DNA from: Marsupella aquatica
Taxonomy: Eukaryota; Plantae; Marchantiophyta
Reading direction: 5' to 3'
DNA length: 64,000 nt
Assembly: GCA_973895155.1 (NCBI GenBank)
Contig: OZ316897.1
Location: 9,385,832 to 9,449,831, forward strand
This document shows positions 33,615 to 45,801 of this stretch, piece by piece (positions within the stretch are counted from its first letter, which is position 1; every line of letters starts with the position of its first letter). Position numbers and translations under genes: made by a program. The notes under the pieces are model-generated. The model worked only from the letters and a program-made list of their open reading frames with translations, was not told the origin of the DNA and made no database searches.

Positions 33615-35351
33615 ATTGCATTTGCAGAAATGCGTGCAAGTGTCGGCGCATAAACATTAAAGCTTGAGTTTTTGCCGTTGGGCCGAGGGTTGGGGTGTTT
33701 AAGGGTACTAGGGTTTCTATGGTGGGGAGTAGTGACTTAGCGAGTAAGTTGGATTTTACGTCTAGCAACCAGGCTAGGTAGTTGCTACCGTCTAGTTCAA
33801 GGGTTGGGAATTGTAATTTCTCCAGGGTCATCATTTTTAACTTTAGGGTTTTAAGTTACGTTAAGGAGAAAATTTATAAAAAAAAATTCCAAGGAAGTTA
33901 CTTTAAGGAGAACTTAGGTAATAGTAGATATACTCAAATGACGAAGCACATTTTTGCCGCATACCTACAAGCATGCAGATTTATGCTTGTAGGTATGTTT
34001 TGCAAAATGTTAGGGTTTGCACTTAGGCTTAATTTTTGCTTTGTTTTTCTATAAGTGCACATTCCTCTTTGTATTTTGGGTGTGCTTTGTTAATATGTGC
34101 ACTTATGAAGGTTTTGTGGTTATCTTGCTTAAGTTCTCGGGCTGTGCTTAAGTGCACAGTTTCCTTTGTAAGTGAAAATCCACTTTGTAATGAGTTGCAG
34201 GTATGCAGGGTTTGCACTTAGCAAGTTATGTCGACATTTCTTGATGATTTCTCGAAGGATTGGACCACTGAATGTGGTGCAATTGTATATCGCTTCAGAT
34301 CTCTTGCTAGCTCTTCCAATCAATCTTCATAATTATTGCATCCTCATCGGCTGCGCTTCTGCAAATCGTTGCCCCTTCTGGAATTCGAGTGCTACTATAT
34401 GCTCTCATTGCTTGGCACCTCCAATGTGTCCTTATGCAATTTGATTTTGTGCACTCTTCCTGGGAAAATGTTTTTGTGCACTCTTGGGTATATGTTCCTT
34501 GTGAATGTATCCTTATGAAATTGCAGTCTTTCTACTTTCTAATTTTGTATGCCATATTGCTTAAGGTTCTATCCTTCCAATCTCTCTCACGTTGCTTTCA
34601 GATTTGACCATGAATGGACTAGAAGCGTCGCAAGCATGGATTCTCTTGTTCTGTCTGAAGGTGTTCCCTGCTGTTGCCTACGATTTGAGCTTCCTCCGCT
34701 CACGTTCTCTTCTACTTTTGGATCACTTTGAATTCTCTTTTAATTTCTCATGTTCGTGGGTTTCTATATTTTGTTTGGTATGCTTGTTCCCCAAGTACTC
34801 ACACTTTCTTGCATTCAGTTATCAATTCGCATGATCCCTTCAAGGACGAGGCCCTCTTCAGAAAACTCTGTTATCACCATTGAAATTCAGGGTCGTCTCG
34901 TTTCATGAAGGTCATGCAGATCATCGATATTCCAATCAACTTGGTGTTCATTAAATGTGGTTTTTGCATGTGACATCATCACTTGTCCCTTATGACATGT
35001 AAGTATGTTTCTCCATGGGGCGGGGCTAGAGGCTCTATCACTATGTCAAATCCCCCAAAAAATTCAAGTGCTCAGCCTTTGAGAGTCACGCTGATAATGT
35101 GTCATAGAATGATGGATAGAATGAATGACCAAGTGGTTGGGAGTTCCGCTGGTAGGTATATATATATATAGGTAAACTCGATGTTTTACAGTCCTGGTTA
35201 GGGTAAACTAACTAGGGTCAGGTTCTAGACATAGGGGTTATAAGTTGTGCAATTACAAGTCTAGACAGAAATCATGCAATTGAGCTGTCCCTAGGTTTAG
35301 TCCAAGAGGTGCTCTTGGGGGTGCTCTCGAATATGAATCTCTGATTCAACT

Positions 35352-35860
35352 TCTCCAGACCTGTTGATCGTACACCCATACTATACAAGCCATTCAGGCA
35401 CATAATTTTTAGAGGACTGACCACATACTTATAGAGATTGAGGGGCGCTCTAGCGCCAGCTCATAATAATCGAGGACATCTCTGGCTTGAACAAAGGCCT
35501 CATCCATAGGAGGTACGAATATACCAAGATCATCCACAAAAATTGATAGCAGTTAGTTAGCCTGGCCTGGTGCAATCTGAATACCTATAAGTCTTCCTCC
35601 TTTGATCTTTGGCATCTAGGAAGTCCATAAGAGGTTGAGTTGAGCTAGCAAATAGCAGTGGAGAAAGAACCCCCCCCCCCCCCCCCCCCCGGCGCGCAAT
35701 AACCAGACCTCCCTGGAGAACAGTCCATTTAAATGGATCTTGGAGGAAGCATGGCTTAGCAGTGCTCTAACCAGCATTATGAAGTGCAGACTCAGCCCTA
35801 ATAAATGCATAGACTCCCAAATATACTATAGAGTGTGTAACTCTATAATGGATCATATTC
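35352..35860 (-). pseudogene. LINE (L1-like) reverse transcriptase relic
   Basis: HFIMLVRALLSHASSKIHLNG...LSPLLFASSTQPLM...SIFVDDLGIF...YYELA..LNLYK. The RQG motif is replaced by a poly-G run. Confidence 0.75.
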
Positions 35861-36699
35861 TAGCATTTGACTGAGCTTCAACATGTGCCAGCTTCCTTTC
35901 CCATTAGATGACATTCTACTTGTATACAATCTTAGTACTTATTAATATTGATATAATGGACCCTATTCTAGCATTAGACTCTTCATCGTGTAGTAGCTTC
36001 CTTTCCCATTAGATTCCAAATGTTCTATCTGTATCTAATCTTTGTACCTACTAACATCAATATCACATACTCTATTTTAGCATTAGACTCTTCAACATGT
36101 ACTCGCTTTCTTAAAAGTATTAGTGCATGCACATAAACACCAGGTCCACGAACTAGTTTTTGTTAAGGTTTCAAGTTACCCGGTAAAATTATTTTTAGAA
36201 TTCTTTTCCCTTTTTTCTAGTTGCAGACTTAGTCAAGAGAAGCATGCATGTACCTTTCAATTCCCAATGAGCAAGCACACCATGTGATACTCTAAAACTT
36301 CTGGTGATATTGTAACAAGAAGTAGATTTATCCACATATTACTCCATTAATAGTTGTTGGCATTAATTAGGATATTTAGCATTAATTGTACTTAGTTGCA
36401 AGGACATAGCTGATGCATTAATTTTTCATTATTTCTAGGACACAACTCCCCTTGCGCGCCTTGCCATCTAAGCATTATGTATCTAATACAAAAATATTAT
36501 TGTCATCTTGAGAAAATACTATGTGGGTTAATAATTCAGATTATTAGGATTGAATAATCATAGTTTCCTATAGGATAAAATAACCAAGTGAGTTCCAGGA
36601 TGAGCAAATTAACTATAATATAATAAGTCATTGCTAGTAGTTATCTCATGACTCTTAGAGAGCATTGAATGGCTTCATGGATAACATCTACGGAATCAA

Positions 36700-37860
36700 A
36701 CCTTTCATGAGTTCTACTGGTACCTAAACGCAGATATAATTAGTATGAGCGTGATACAGTACCTTTGTCCCAACTGTAAAGTACCCACTAACAATAAGAT
36801 ATCATGAGTATGAGAATACCATTGACATATCTAAAGCAACGTTAAAAGCTTCGCCTGGATACATAAATTATGCGCATGAGTGGATCCTAGTACGCATTCT
36901 GGGTCCCTCCAAATAAACTCACCACTAGAGTATGAGAGTGATACAGTACCGATGTCCCAGATTTGAGTTCCATTAGTACCCACTAACAATAAGGTATCAT
37001 GCGTATGAGAATACCATTGAAATTTCTAAAGCAATGTTAAAAGCTTCGCCCTCGATACATAATTTATGCACATGATTGGATCCTAGTACGCATTCAAGGT
37101 CCCTCCCAATAAACTCACTACTAGAGTATGAGCATGATACAGTACTGATGTCCCAGAATATTTGAGTTCTATTGGTACCCACTAACAATAAGGTACCATG
37201 AGTATGAGAATACCATTAAATATCTAAAGCAACGTTAAATGGTCCCCCCTGGATACATAAATTATGCACATGATTGGATCCCTATAATAAACTCACTATT
37301 AGACTATGAGCGTTATACAATACGGATGTCCCATAACATTTGAGTTCCTTTGGTACCCCCAACAAATAAGGTATCACGAGTATGAGAATACCATTATAAT
37401 ATCTGAAGCAACGTTAAAAGCTTCGCTCTGGACACATAAATTGTGCACATGAGTGGACCCTAATACGCCTTCAGTGTCCCTACCAGCCTAATACGGTACT
37501 GATGTCCCATAATGTTTGAGTTCCATTGGTACCCACTAACAAAAGTCATGAGTATGGGAATGTTAACACGGCACCGATTTGCACTAGATCCATGAATTAT
37601 GCACATTATTGGATACTAGTGAGACGATCTGTTTCCCTCCCAATGAACGCACTACTAGAGATGTGCCATGGATAATCTTTACCCGGTCAAACCTTTGATG
37701 AGCTCCATTGGTACCCACTAACAAATAAGGCATCATGAGTAGTCTATGAGAAGCCCACTGCAGTAGCTAAAGCAGCGCTAAAAGGCTCGCCATGGATACA
37801 TAAATTATGCACATTGTAGGATACTGGGCGGACTTGTTGTGTTTGCTTCCCAATGAACAC
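36700..37860. repeat. Degenerate tandem repeat, ~160-210-bp units x6 (paralog at ~43230-44050)
   Basis: CATAAATTATGCACATGATTGGATCC and GGTACCCACTAACAA recur at ~36862, 37058, 37256, 37435, 37591 and 37799. Confidence 0.8.
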
Positions 37861-38871
37861 TGTACTACGCAAGAAAGAGTCAGCGAGGCCAGGTTGGTCA
37901 ACTAGAGACGGTACATATGATATCTCGTAAAAAGAGTGAGAATATATAGAGAGAACGAAAGTCTAACAGTGTATAGTGGATAAGTGCAAGATGACCATTT
38001 AGTCCCCTAATATTATAGCCATTTTCTATGTAAATGTACTGAAAAATGCAGTTCACCTAAGTTCAGATAGACCCTCACTGAAATAAAAATTACCAACACT
38101 AAAATGACAAATGTGTAAAGTCCATTTGACCATTTCTATCTACAGTATCTCATGCATTTATCAGTTACTGCAACACATACATAAGAAACATTTATTAATA
38201 AGTGCAGCAGATAACTACATAAAGTAGTTTTATGCACTTATCTGGTTGAATCATGCACTATGAGGACTCAGGGTACGAGGAATCCATTGCTTTTCCCCAT
38301 GCATTACTAGGTATTGAGACCATGCACATATGGAGAAGTGCCGAAATGATATCCTATGACTTATAGCATAGTAGAGACTTGCACCAGCTTATCTAGGGTT
38401 TTACTATCTTGTGAGTTAAGTTGAGGCCCAAGTAACGAGGGAATTTGCATCTACCTAGTAAGAGTGATTCAAAGTTACTTCCTGGCCTACTCTCTACAGT
38501 GAAGCCTCTAGACTAAGTGAGGCCATAACTGAACCCAGACCAAACAAGAACAAAAAGAGGGATGGGGCAAAGGTAGTAAGGGGGAATCATTTTTTCTCCA
38601 AGGTTTTTCTTTGTCTACTCTTCTCAAGTATATTTAAGTTTAAATTGCACTAGCCATATAAAAGGAGTGAGTGTCCACTATTTCTCCCTTTTTCATTTTA
38701 CTCACATTCTTCTCCCCTCCTTTTCTCCACTAATTCAAGAAAAGATACTATTTATGGTGAAACTCTATTTTTGTCCTGGCTAGTGGTGGTTTAAAGTAAT
38801 CAGGCTAGTTGCGTTAGACAGAGAATGAGCTCTGCTTTTGGTTTTTCCCCTCTCGATTCCAATTGGGTGCG

Positions 38872-41750
38872 ATGGGGAAGGAAGGAGCCATGCCTAGCTT
38901 CAAGCTCAATACAGGGGCATTGATGCGGGCAGTGGCTCTAGGAGTGGCTGCCAAAGGATTATCTCCAGAGGAAACCAAACAATACATTAAGGGTGGTTCG
39001 ATGATTTTTATTGCTCTTCCCTTATCAGGGCTGGCCACATAGTCAACTTTATATCTCATTAAACTATATTTTGCGGTGTATTTGTAGGGTTGAAGTTGAG
39101 CACAGTGCATAGCCCCGGGTGTCAGAAGTAGTGCCTTTATACGCTATTGCACCAGATCGACGAATTCCAACGGTTTAACTAGGGTAGACCACTTAACATA
39201 TATTTAGGGTCTTTCATTGCTCCATTAGCTCCTTAATGGAGCAATGGGGCTCCCGTGCCCCTCGGCATGCAGTGGCCTCATATGCTCCATATCAGGACCA
39301 TAAACATATACTTCCTGAAGGCGCTTGAGGTGAGATATTTCGAACATAGCAATTCCTCTTACTTTTCGGAGTTGGAAACTTCGGCTGCTTTGTAGATCCA
39401 AGAGACTCCCTTTGTTCATCTCAATCCCATGGAGAAAAATGTGAGGGGTAGAAACGGTCATTAATGGAATGCGTGTGGATTTCCCATCACCTAGGAAGTC
39501 AACTTTCAGTGTAGGATCTCTCTGCTCGCCTTCGTTAGAGTGATTTGGTTGTCCCTCCAGAAAGCGGATCGTGGACGTCACCCTGTCATCCTTCAAAGAT
39601 GGCCCCTCTGCGGTAAGCTAAAGCCAACTTCCGCACTTCAATTTCTTCTGTGTCCAGTTTTCAGAGAGGGATCTCTTTGCTCTGTGCCTCGGCCAGAACC
39701 TGGGGAACGGTCGGACTTTCTTGAATATAACACTGCCCATCCTGGCTCATTTTCTATCAGCATTTTGATGAAGTGGTCTGCCATTTATGATACTCCTACT
39801 GGATTGCTGAATCTCTTCGTGTGAGGGGATCCTTGTGTACATTGCTATTTTGTGTCACTGACTGTTGCGTTCGAGTTGATGTAGATTGGTTACAGGTCTT
39901 TGGATACAGCAAAAATTTATGGCACCGAAGCTTCTGTGGGAGAGGCTCTCCAAGAGGCTTTCGATAGTGGGTTGGTGAAGCGAGAGGAGGTGTTTGTGAC
40001 CACGAAAATTTGGAATGATGACTTGGATCCCCCTTCCATAGTTCCTGCCATGCAAAGGAGTCTGAGGTAATAAACAATGACGACATTGAAGGATTCTTGA
40101 ATTTTATTTGGTAGCCCATACCAACATTCTAGCGCTTGTAGTGTCAGACCAAAATGCCTTATTCGTCATATGAGTCGATTGCCAAAGTGGCAACGACACG
40201 ACATGAGACTTTATGTTTTGCACATTTTGATGCTTTTTCCACCATTTCCTTTGTAGGATGTCAGTCTATTCCCAAGTCGTAGATCAGCAATCTCCTCACT
40301 CAAAAACCCGAAAAATTCTTTCACTCCCGTGGTGACGCCCTTAACTGTCGTCGTCATCCATGTCTCAAAAACAATGCATTTGTGGATCTGAGCCCTTGTG
40401 CTCACTGGAGTCAAAATTTGATTGCGAATAACAAATTACTAAATATTGGATAACCGATCTTGCAGTGAATTGAAACTGGGAATATGTGGACCTGATTCTC
40501 GTGCACTGGCCACTGCGTTTCCGTAAGGGTGCGCAATATCTGACTTTACAGGAAGACGATTGGTTGCCACTGGACCTTGTGGGATGCTGGAAGGAACTTG
40601 AGAAGGGTGTGGAACTTGGACTGGCGAAAGCTATTGGAGTAAGCAGTTTCAGTACAATGCGGTTAGAAGAGATAGAGCCCCATGCCAGAATTGTCCCGGC
40701 TGTAAATCAGGTGCGAAGCTTAGCACCTCAACCTTGAGGGTGTATTGACATCTTCATCTTGTGCAATTTTGGCTGATATTCCATGAGGTGGGAAATGTCG
40801 TTCCCCAAGCTCTCTTTTCTTGAGGTTTTGTCTAATCGGATAACAGCACAAAATCAATTCTAAGCATTGCCCTGGGCAGTTTGTTTTCGTTTGGTCCAGG
40901 AATGTGGGGGCTGCCTTTTTTTACTGATTTTGCCCGGGATTCCGCAAAGCATCAAAAACTCTACTTTCCGAGCAAAGTGTTTGAATAACCTGGCGCTTAA
41001 TAGAAGAACAATCCTCACGAAACGCAAGTTGGATTTACATTCTCCGTTTGAGGTCCGTGTTCACTTTCGTCAATGCCATGGTAGATGGAGATGCATCCAG
41101 GATGTGAGATAACAAAGCTTAGAGAATATTGCAATCAGAAAGGGATTCATGTGACTGCATGGTCGCCATTGGGTGCTCCGGGATATGGTGGTGTGCGGGG
41201 AACAAATGGTGTCCTTGACAACCCTATTTTGAAGGAGATTGCCGAGAAGCATGGAAAGACAGTTGCTCAGGTTCAATACGCATTCAACGTGCCTTTGTCT
41301 CATCTGTCCTGCATCGTCTACTTGTCTGTGCTACATGTGCTTCATGGCTGCTTGCATGAAATGTTCATTATGTTCATTCAAGTGCAGGGATTAACCCTTA
41401 TTGCATGGAACTTTTTCCAATCACTATCGAAGAATTTGCAAATGCAGGTTGCAACAGACTAATTTAAAGTAGGGATGAATGTGCAGGTTGGTCTTAGGTG
41501 GTGTCTGGACAAAGGCGTGGGCGTGACAGTGAAGAGCTCCAATTCCCAGACACTGGCTAAATGCTTGGATCATTTTGATTGGACTCTTGCTCCAGAGGAT
41601 CATGAAAAGATCAAGGGAGTTACCCATTTCAGAATATTTGATGGAACACTTTATTTTAAGTTTGCCAATTGTCCTTACAAATCTTTAGCAGATTTCTGGA
41701 TTTTGAAGTCATTGATTATTGAAAATCATGCAGAGCTTCAATATATGTAA
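38872..41750 (+). pseudogene. Aldo-keto reductase copy 1 (AKR4-like), disrupted
   Basis: Five exons paralogous to copy 2. A ~320-bp insertion in exon 1 (~38988-39310) brings in an in-frame stop, and an extra G in exon 3 (CTGGGAATAT, ~40478) causes a frameshift. Confidence 0.88.
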
Positions 41751-44700
41751 AGCTGACTTGGGACAAGAAGGAAGAGCCCACTGAGGATGCCTGGAAGTCG
41801 GCTCTTCTTAACTTCACACAGCTAGTGTTGCTCTGTCTAGTGTTGCGCTGTCAAGTCAGACTTGGTATCTGTTTATAAAATTCAGCCAAGTCTGAAAGTC
41901 CACTCGGGAGGCAGTACATGACATGAAAGATTAAGTGGGGACTCATTGTCAACCGTATAAATTAAGTGGGCTCAAACGTGGTATCTGAGTATATCCGAAG
42001 AGATCCCATACGGCAAGGTTCATATACGTGAAAATTGTGCTCTTTACAAATGGGTTCATTTACTTGAAAGCAGCATATAATGATGAAGAAAAAAAGTGTG
42101 ACTTACGGGACCATATTAGTGACTGTCATTGCTGCCCTAAGGTGACTTTACAAGAAGTTTGGAAATACAAATGTACTAAGGGTGGCTTAGTACATCCCAA
42201 GTCATACATCTGGACCTACCGTGAGTAAAGACGGTTGTGATTGACTTTACAAGCACTTGGGATTAAGGTGCACTCTCCACTTATTCTACATGGCAAATAG
42301 TGGGCCCAAGGAAATGTTGATGTGGAGTGCTTATTTTGTCTAGATTTAGATACCTCTCGAATGGGGTACCAGAAACATCACTAAGCTTTACTTGGCTCCT
42401 CCAGTCAAGCTACTACCATTGTTTGAATTTCAAGATCTTTGCAATCGAATGAGTTTCATCTCAGAAGATACTTGGTTTGGAAGTGATTTGCATTTCACTT
42501 CAAAAGATTTATGGTCTGGATTATATCAATAGAATAAGAAGTCCACTTGTTTTGCTGATTCCCTTGCTGATTGTCTGCTAAACTAAATGACCCGTAATAC
42601 CATTTGGTGTTTATCCCGGGTCATTCTATCTGTATATAATCTTTGTAACTACTAAATTACATCAATATAACATTAGCACATGCACATAACACCAGGTTCA
42701 TGAACTAATTTTTAGTACGGTTTCAAATTACCCTTTAGACTATCTTTAGAGTTATTTTCCCTTTTCCTAGTTTGAGACTGAGTCAAGAGAAGCTTAAAAC
42801 TTCACTCTTTAAAATCTATCAGCAAACCATGTACCTGTCAAGTCCCAATGAGCAAGCACGCCACTGTGATGCACTACAAATTCTGGTGATATTGTAACAA
42901 GAAGTATATTTATCCACATATTACTTCACAGTTGTTTGCATTTATTGTACTTAATTGAAGGGACATAGCTGATGCATTAATCTTCATTACTTCTAGGACA
43001 GAACTCCCCTTGCCTTGCCATCTAAACATCATGCATCTAACAAAAAATATTATTGTCATCTTGAGTAATATGTGGATTAATTTTTAAGATAGAATAGTTA
43101 TCCGTTTAGTTCACTGCACGAGAAAATAACTAAGTGAGTTCCAGGATGAGCAACCTATGCTATAATAAGTCAGTGCTAGTCGTTATCTCATGACTCTCAG
43201 ATAGCATTGAATGGCTCCATGGATAACAGCTGTACCCAATCAAACCTTTCATGAGTTCCATGCATTGGTACCCGAGAACAAATATCATGAGTATGAGCGT
43301 AATACAGTACCTATGTCCCATAATATCTGAGTTTTATTGGTACTCACTAACAATAAGTATCATGAGTAAGTGAATACCACTAAAAATAGCTAAAAGCAAC
43401 GTTAAAAGCTTCGCCCTGGATACATAAATTATGCACATGATTGGATCCTAGTACGCATTCAATGTCCCTCCCAATAAACTCGCTACTAGAGTAATATACT
43501 GAACTACTGATGTCCCATAATGTTTGACTTCCATTGATACGCAATAACCACTAACAAACAAGGTATCATGAAGATGAGAATACCGGTACAAAAGTAAAGC
43601 AACTTAAAAAGCTTCTCCCTGGACACATAAATTATGCACATGATTGGATCCTATTACGCATTCTGTTTCCCATCATTTCACTACTATAGTATGAGCCCAA
43701 CACAGTACCGATGTCCCATAATGTCTGATTTCCATTGGCACCCACGAACAAAACTCATGAGTATGGGCAAAGTAATACAGTACCGATTTGTGCTGGATAC
43801 ATGAATTATGCACATTATTGGATGCTAGTCAGAAGAATTCTATTTCCCTCCCAATGAAAGCACTACACGAGAGATGTGCCATGGATAATCTTTACCCGGT
43901 CAAATCTTTGATGAGCTCCATTGGTACCCACTAACAAATAGGGCATCATGAGAAGTGTATGAGAAGACCAGTACAGTAGCTAAAGCAACCCTAAAAGCTT
44001 CGCCCCGGAGACCTAAATTCTGCACATTATTGGATCCTGGGCAGACTTATTGTCTTTTCTTCCCAGTGAACACTGTAACTACGCAAGAAAGGGACCAAGT
44101 TGGTAAACCAGAGAGTGTACATATGATATCTCGTAAAAAGAGGGAGAATCTATTCTGTTGAGAGAGAAAGAAAGTCAAACAGTTCCTATGGTAAGTGTAA
44201 GCCGGCCACATAACCCCCTAATATTATAGCCATTTACATTGTAACGGTGGCCAAAAATGTAGTTTGCATGAGTGCAGGTGCCTCACTGAACTACAAAATC
44301 CTGACATTGAATCACATATATGTAAGTGCATTGATATTGATAAGTCTATATTGCACTTATCAATTTCTGCATTTATCAGATACTGTGACACATCCATAAG
44401 AAACTTTTATTGACAAGTACAGCAGACAACTCCATAAAGTGGTTTCATGTACCTACTAGTTGTATCGTACAATATGAGGGCTAGAGGTATGAGGAGTCCC
44501 AATGCTTTTTCCCATGCACTTACTAGGTGGTGCAGGCAATGCACATATGAAGAAGTGCATAAATGACACCCATGCACTTATAGCATAGTAGAGACTACTA
44601 GACCCACTACCTCTTCTTTCAACATGAATACAAGTGAGCTATGGGAGTGTGGCACACAGCATCTCAAATGGGAGAAGGAGCCCAAGCACACAGTGCTGCC

Positions 44701-45275
44701 GTTGCATTACTCCATTTTCAAAACCCTCATATACCCTAGGCCTAGTTTGCTTTCCTCAACAAACTTTTTTCACCCCCACCCCAAAGCACCCCAACTGAAA
44801 TGACTCCCTCAGAAACCTCAAGAGGGGGTCTAGAGGATGCGGCCTCGACCATAACCCTAGAAAGTAGCTTGTCTTCACGAGGTGAGGCACAAGTAATGCA
44901 CCAGCTTATACACAGTTTACCCTAGAGACTATCTCGTGAGGCCCAAGTAAAGAGTGAATATACATTGAATTAAACGACACCTGCCCTTATAAAAGCCTCA
45001 TTCCCTCCCTCAGTACTCTTCATTTTTGTCATTTTTGTCCTGTGGTGAACAGTCTCACCATAAAAGATGGAGCACTTGCCAAATAAGTTTTTTGCACTCA
45101 CCACCTTTTCTGGAGCTCAAGTCCATTTCTGAAACCTGTGCACTATATAATGAGAGCTAAGGGTCTCACTAAGGTCCCGGTGATTGCACATCAAAATATA
45201 ACATATAATGTGTAATACTTCACTCGATACCATGATGAACCTCTTTATTTTCAAATCCGTGCGTGCACAGGTTAT

Positions 45276-45619
45276 TGTTGAGCATAGATGACATTCGTAA
45301 CAGCAAGCCCATGAACCATCCAACGCACAATAGTCGACACAGAGAGATATGTGGTTCACCTTCACATGAGGCTACGTTCACGGGAACACACAAGAGCTTT
45401 ACTTCACTCTAGGCCGACCGGCCATACCAAGCATCCACAGCACAAGCTCTCCCTATTTTTCAACTAGTTCCGTAACAATGAGCCTAAGTTTCACCAGGGT
45501 CTGGTATCAGCCTTGGCTATATGTATAATCGTACTAACATTAACATTAGCTAAGTCTTAACTCGAATTAGATTAACTATGGTTAATTCATGAATCACAAG
45601 ACTAGAACAATATCTAACA
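45276..45619 (-). mobile_element. Solo LTR related to the Tork-like copia LTR
   Basis: 45276-~45495 is the diverged reverse complement of the copia LTR 3' half. TG..CA ends; flanks GTTAT/TTTAT (TSD with one mismatch). Confidence 0.82.
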
Positions 45620-45801
45620 TTTATATTATAACATTTTGATGTGTGATTACTTGGAGGGTCCTTATAGGTGCCAACCCCAAGGAAAGATTAAATATACATT
45701 GAGTTAACGTGGGGCTCAAGGAAAGAGTGAATATATATTGTGTTAGACAGAGAAAGAGCTCTGATTTTCGCACTTCCCCTCCTGAATTCAAATTGGGTTC
45801 G

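Larger units (their letters stand above)
18769..35351 (-). mobile_element. Ty1/copia Bianca-like element E3, 5' part only; gag split by the gypsy insertion and pol cut by E2
   Basis: Gag N-terminus 33620-33834 (LELDGSNYLAW) continues at 20002 (YLHLNSPRGLWQALLTRFDHQK). Protease CIVDSGMTHSIL at 19034-19237. PBS 35086-35099, LTR ~35100-35351 (right end uncertain). Confidence 0.85.

Noticed and set aside
42230-42610. Possible LINE C-terminal zinc-finger relic between the duplicated units
   Set aside because: No convincing continuous motif could be reconstructed.
44597-44896. Helitron-like ~300-bp indel upstream of AKR copy 2 (CTAG end on the minus strand)
   Set aside because: No subterminal hairpin or clear TC start; evidence too weak.
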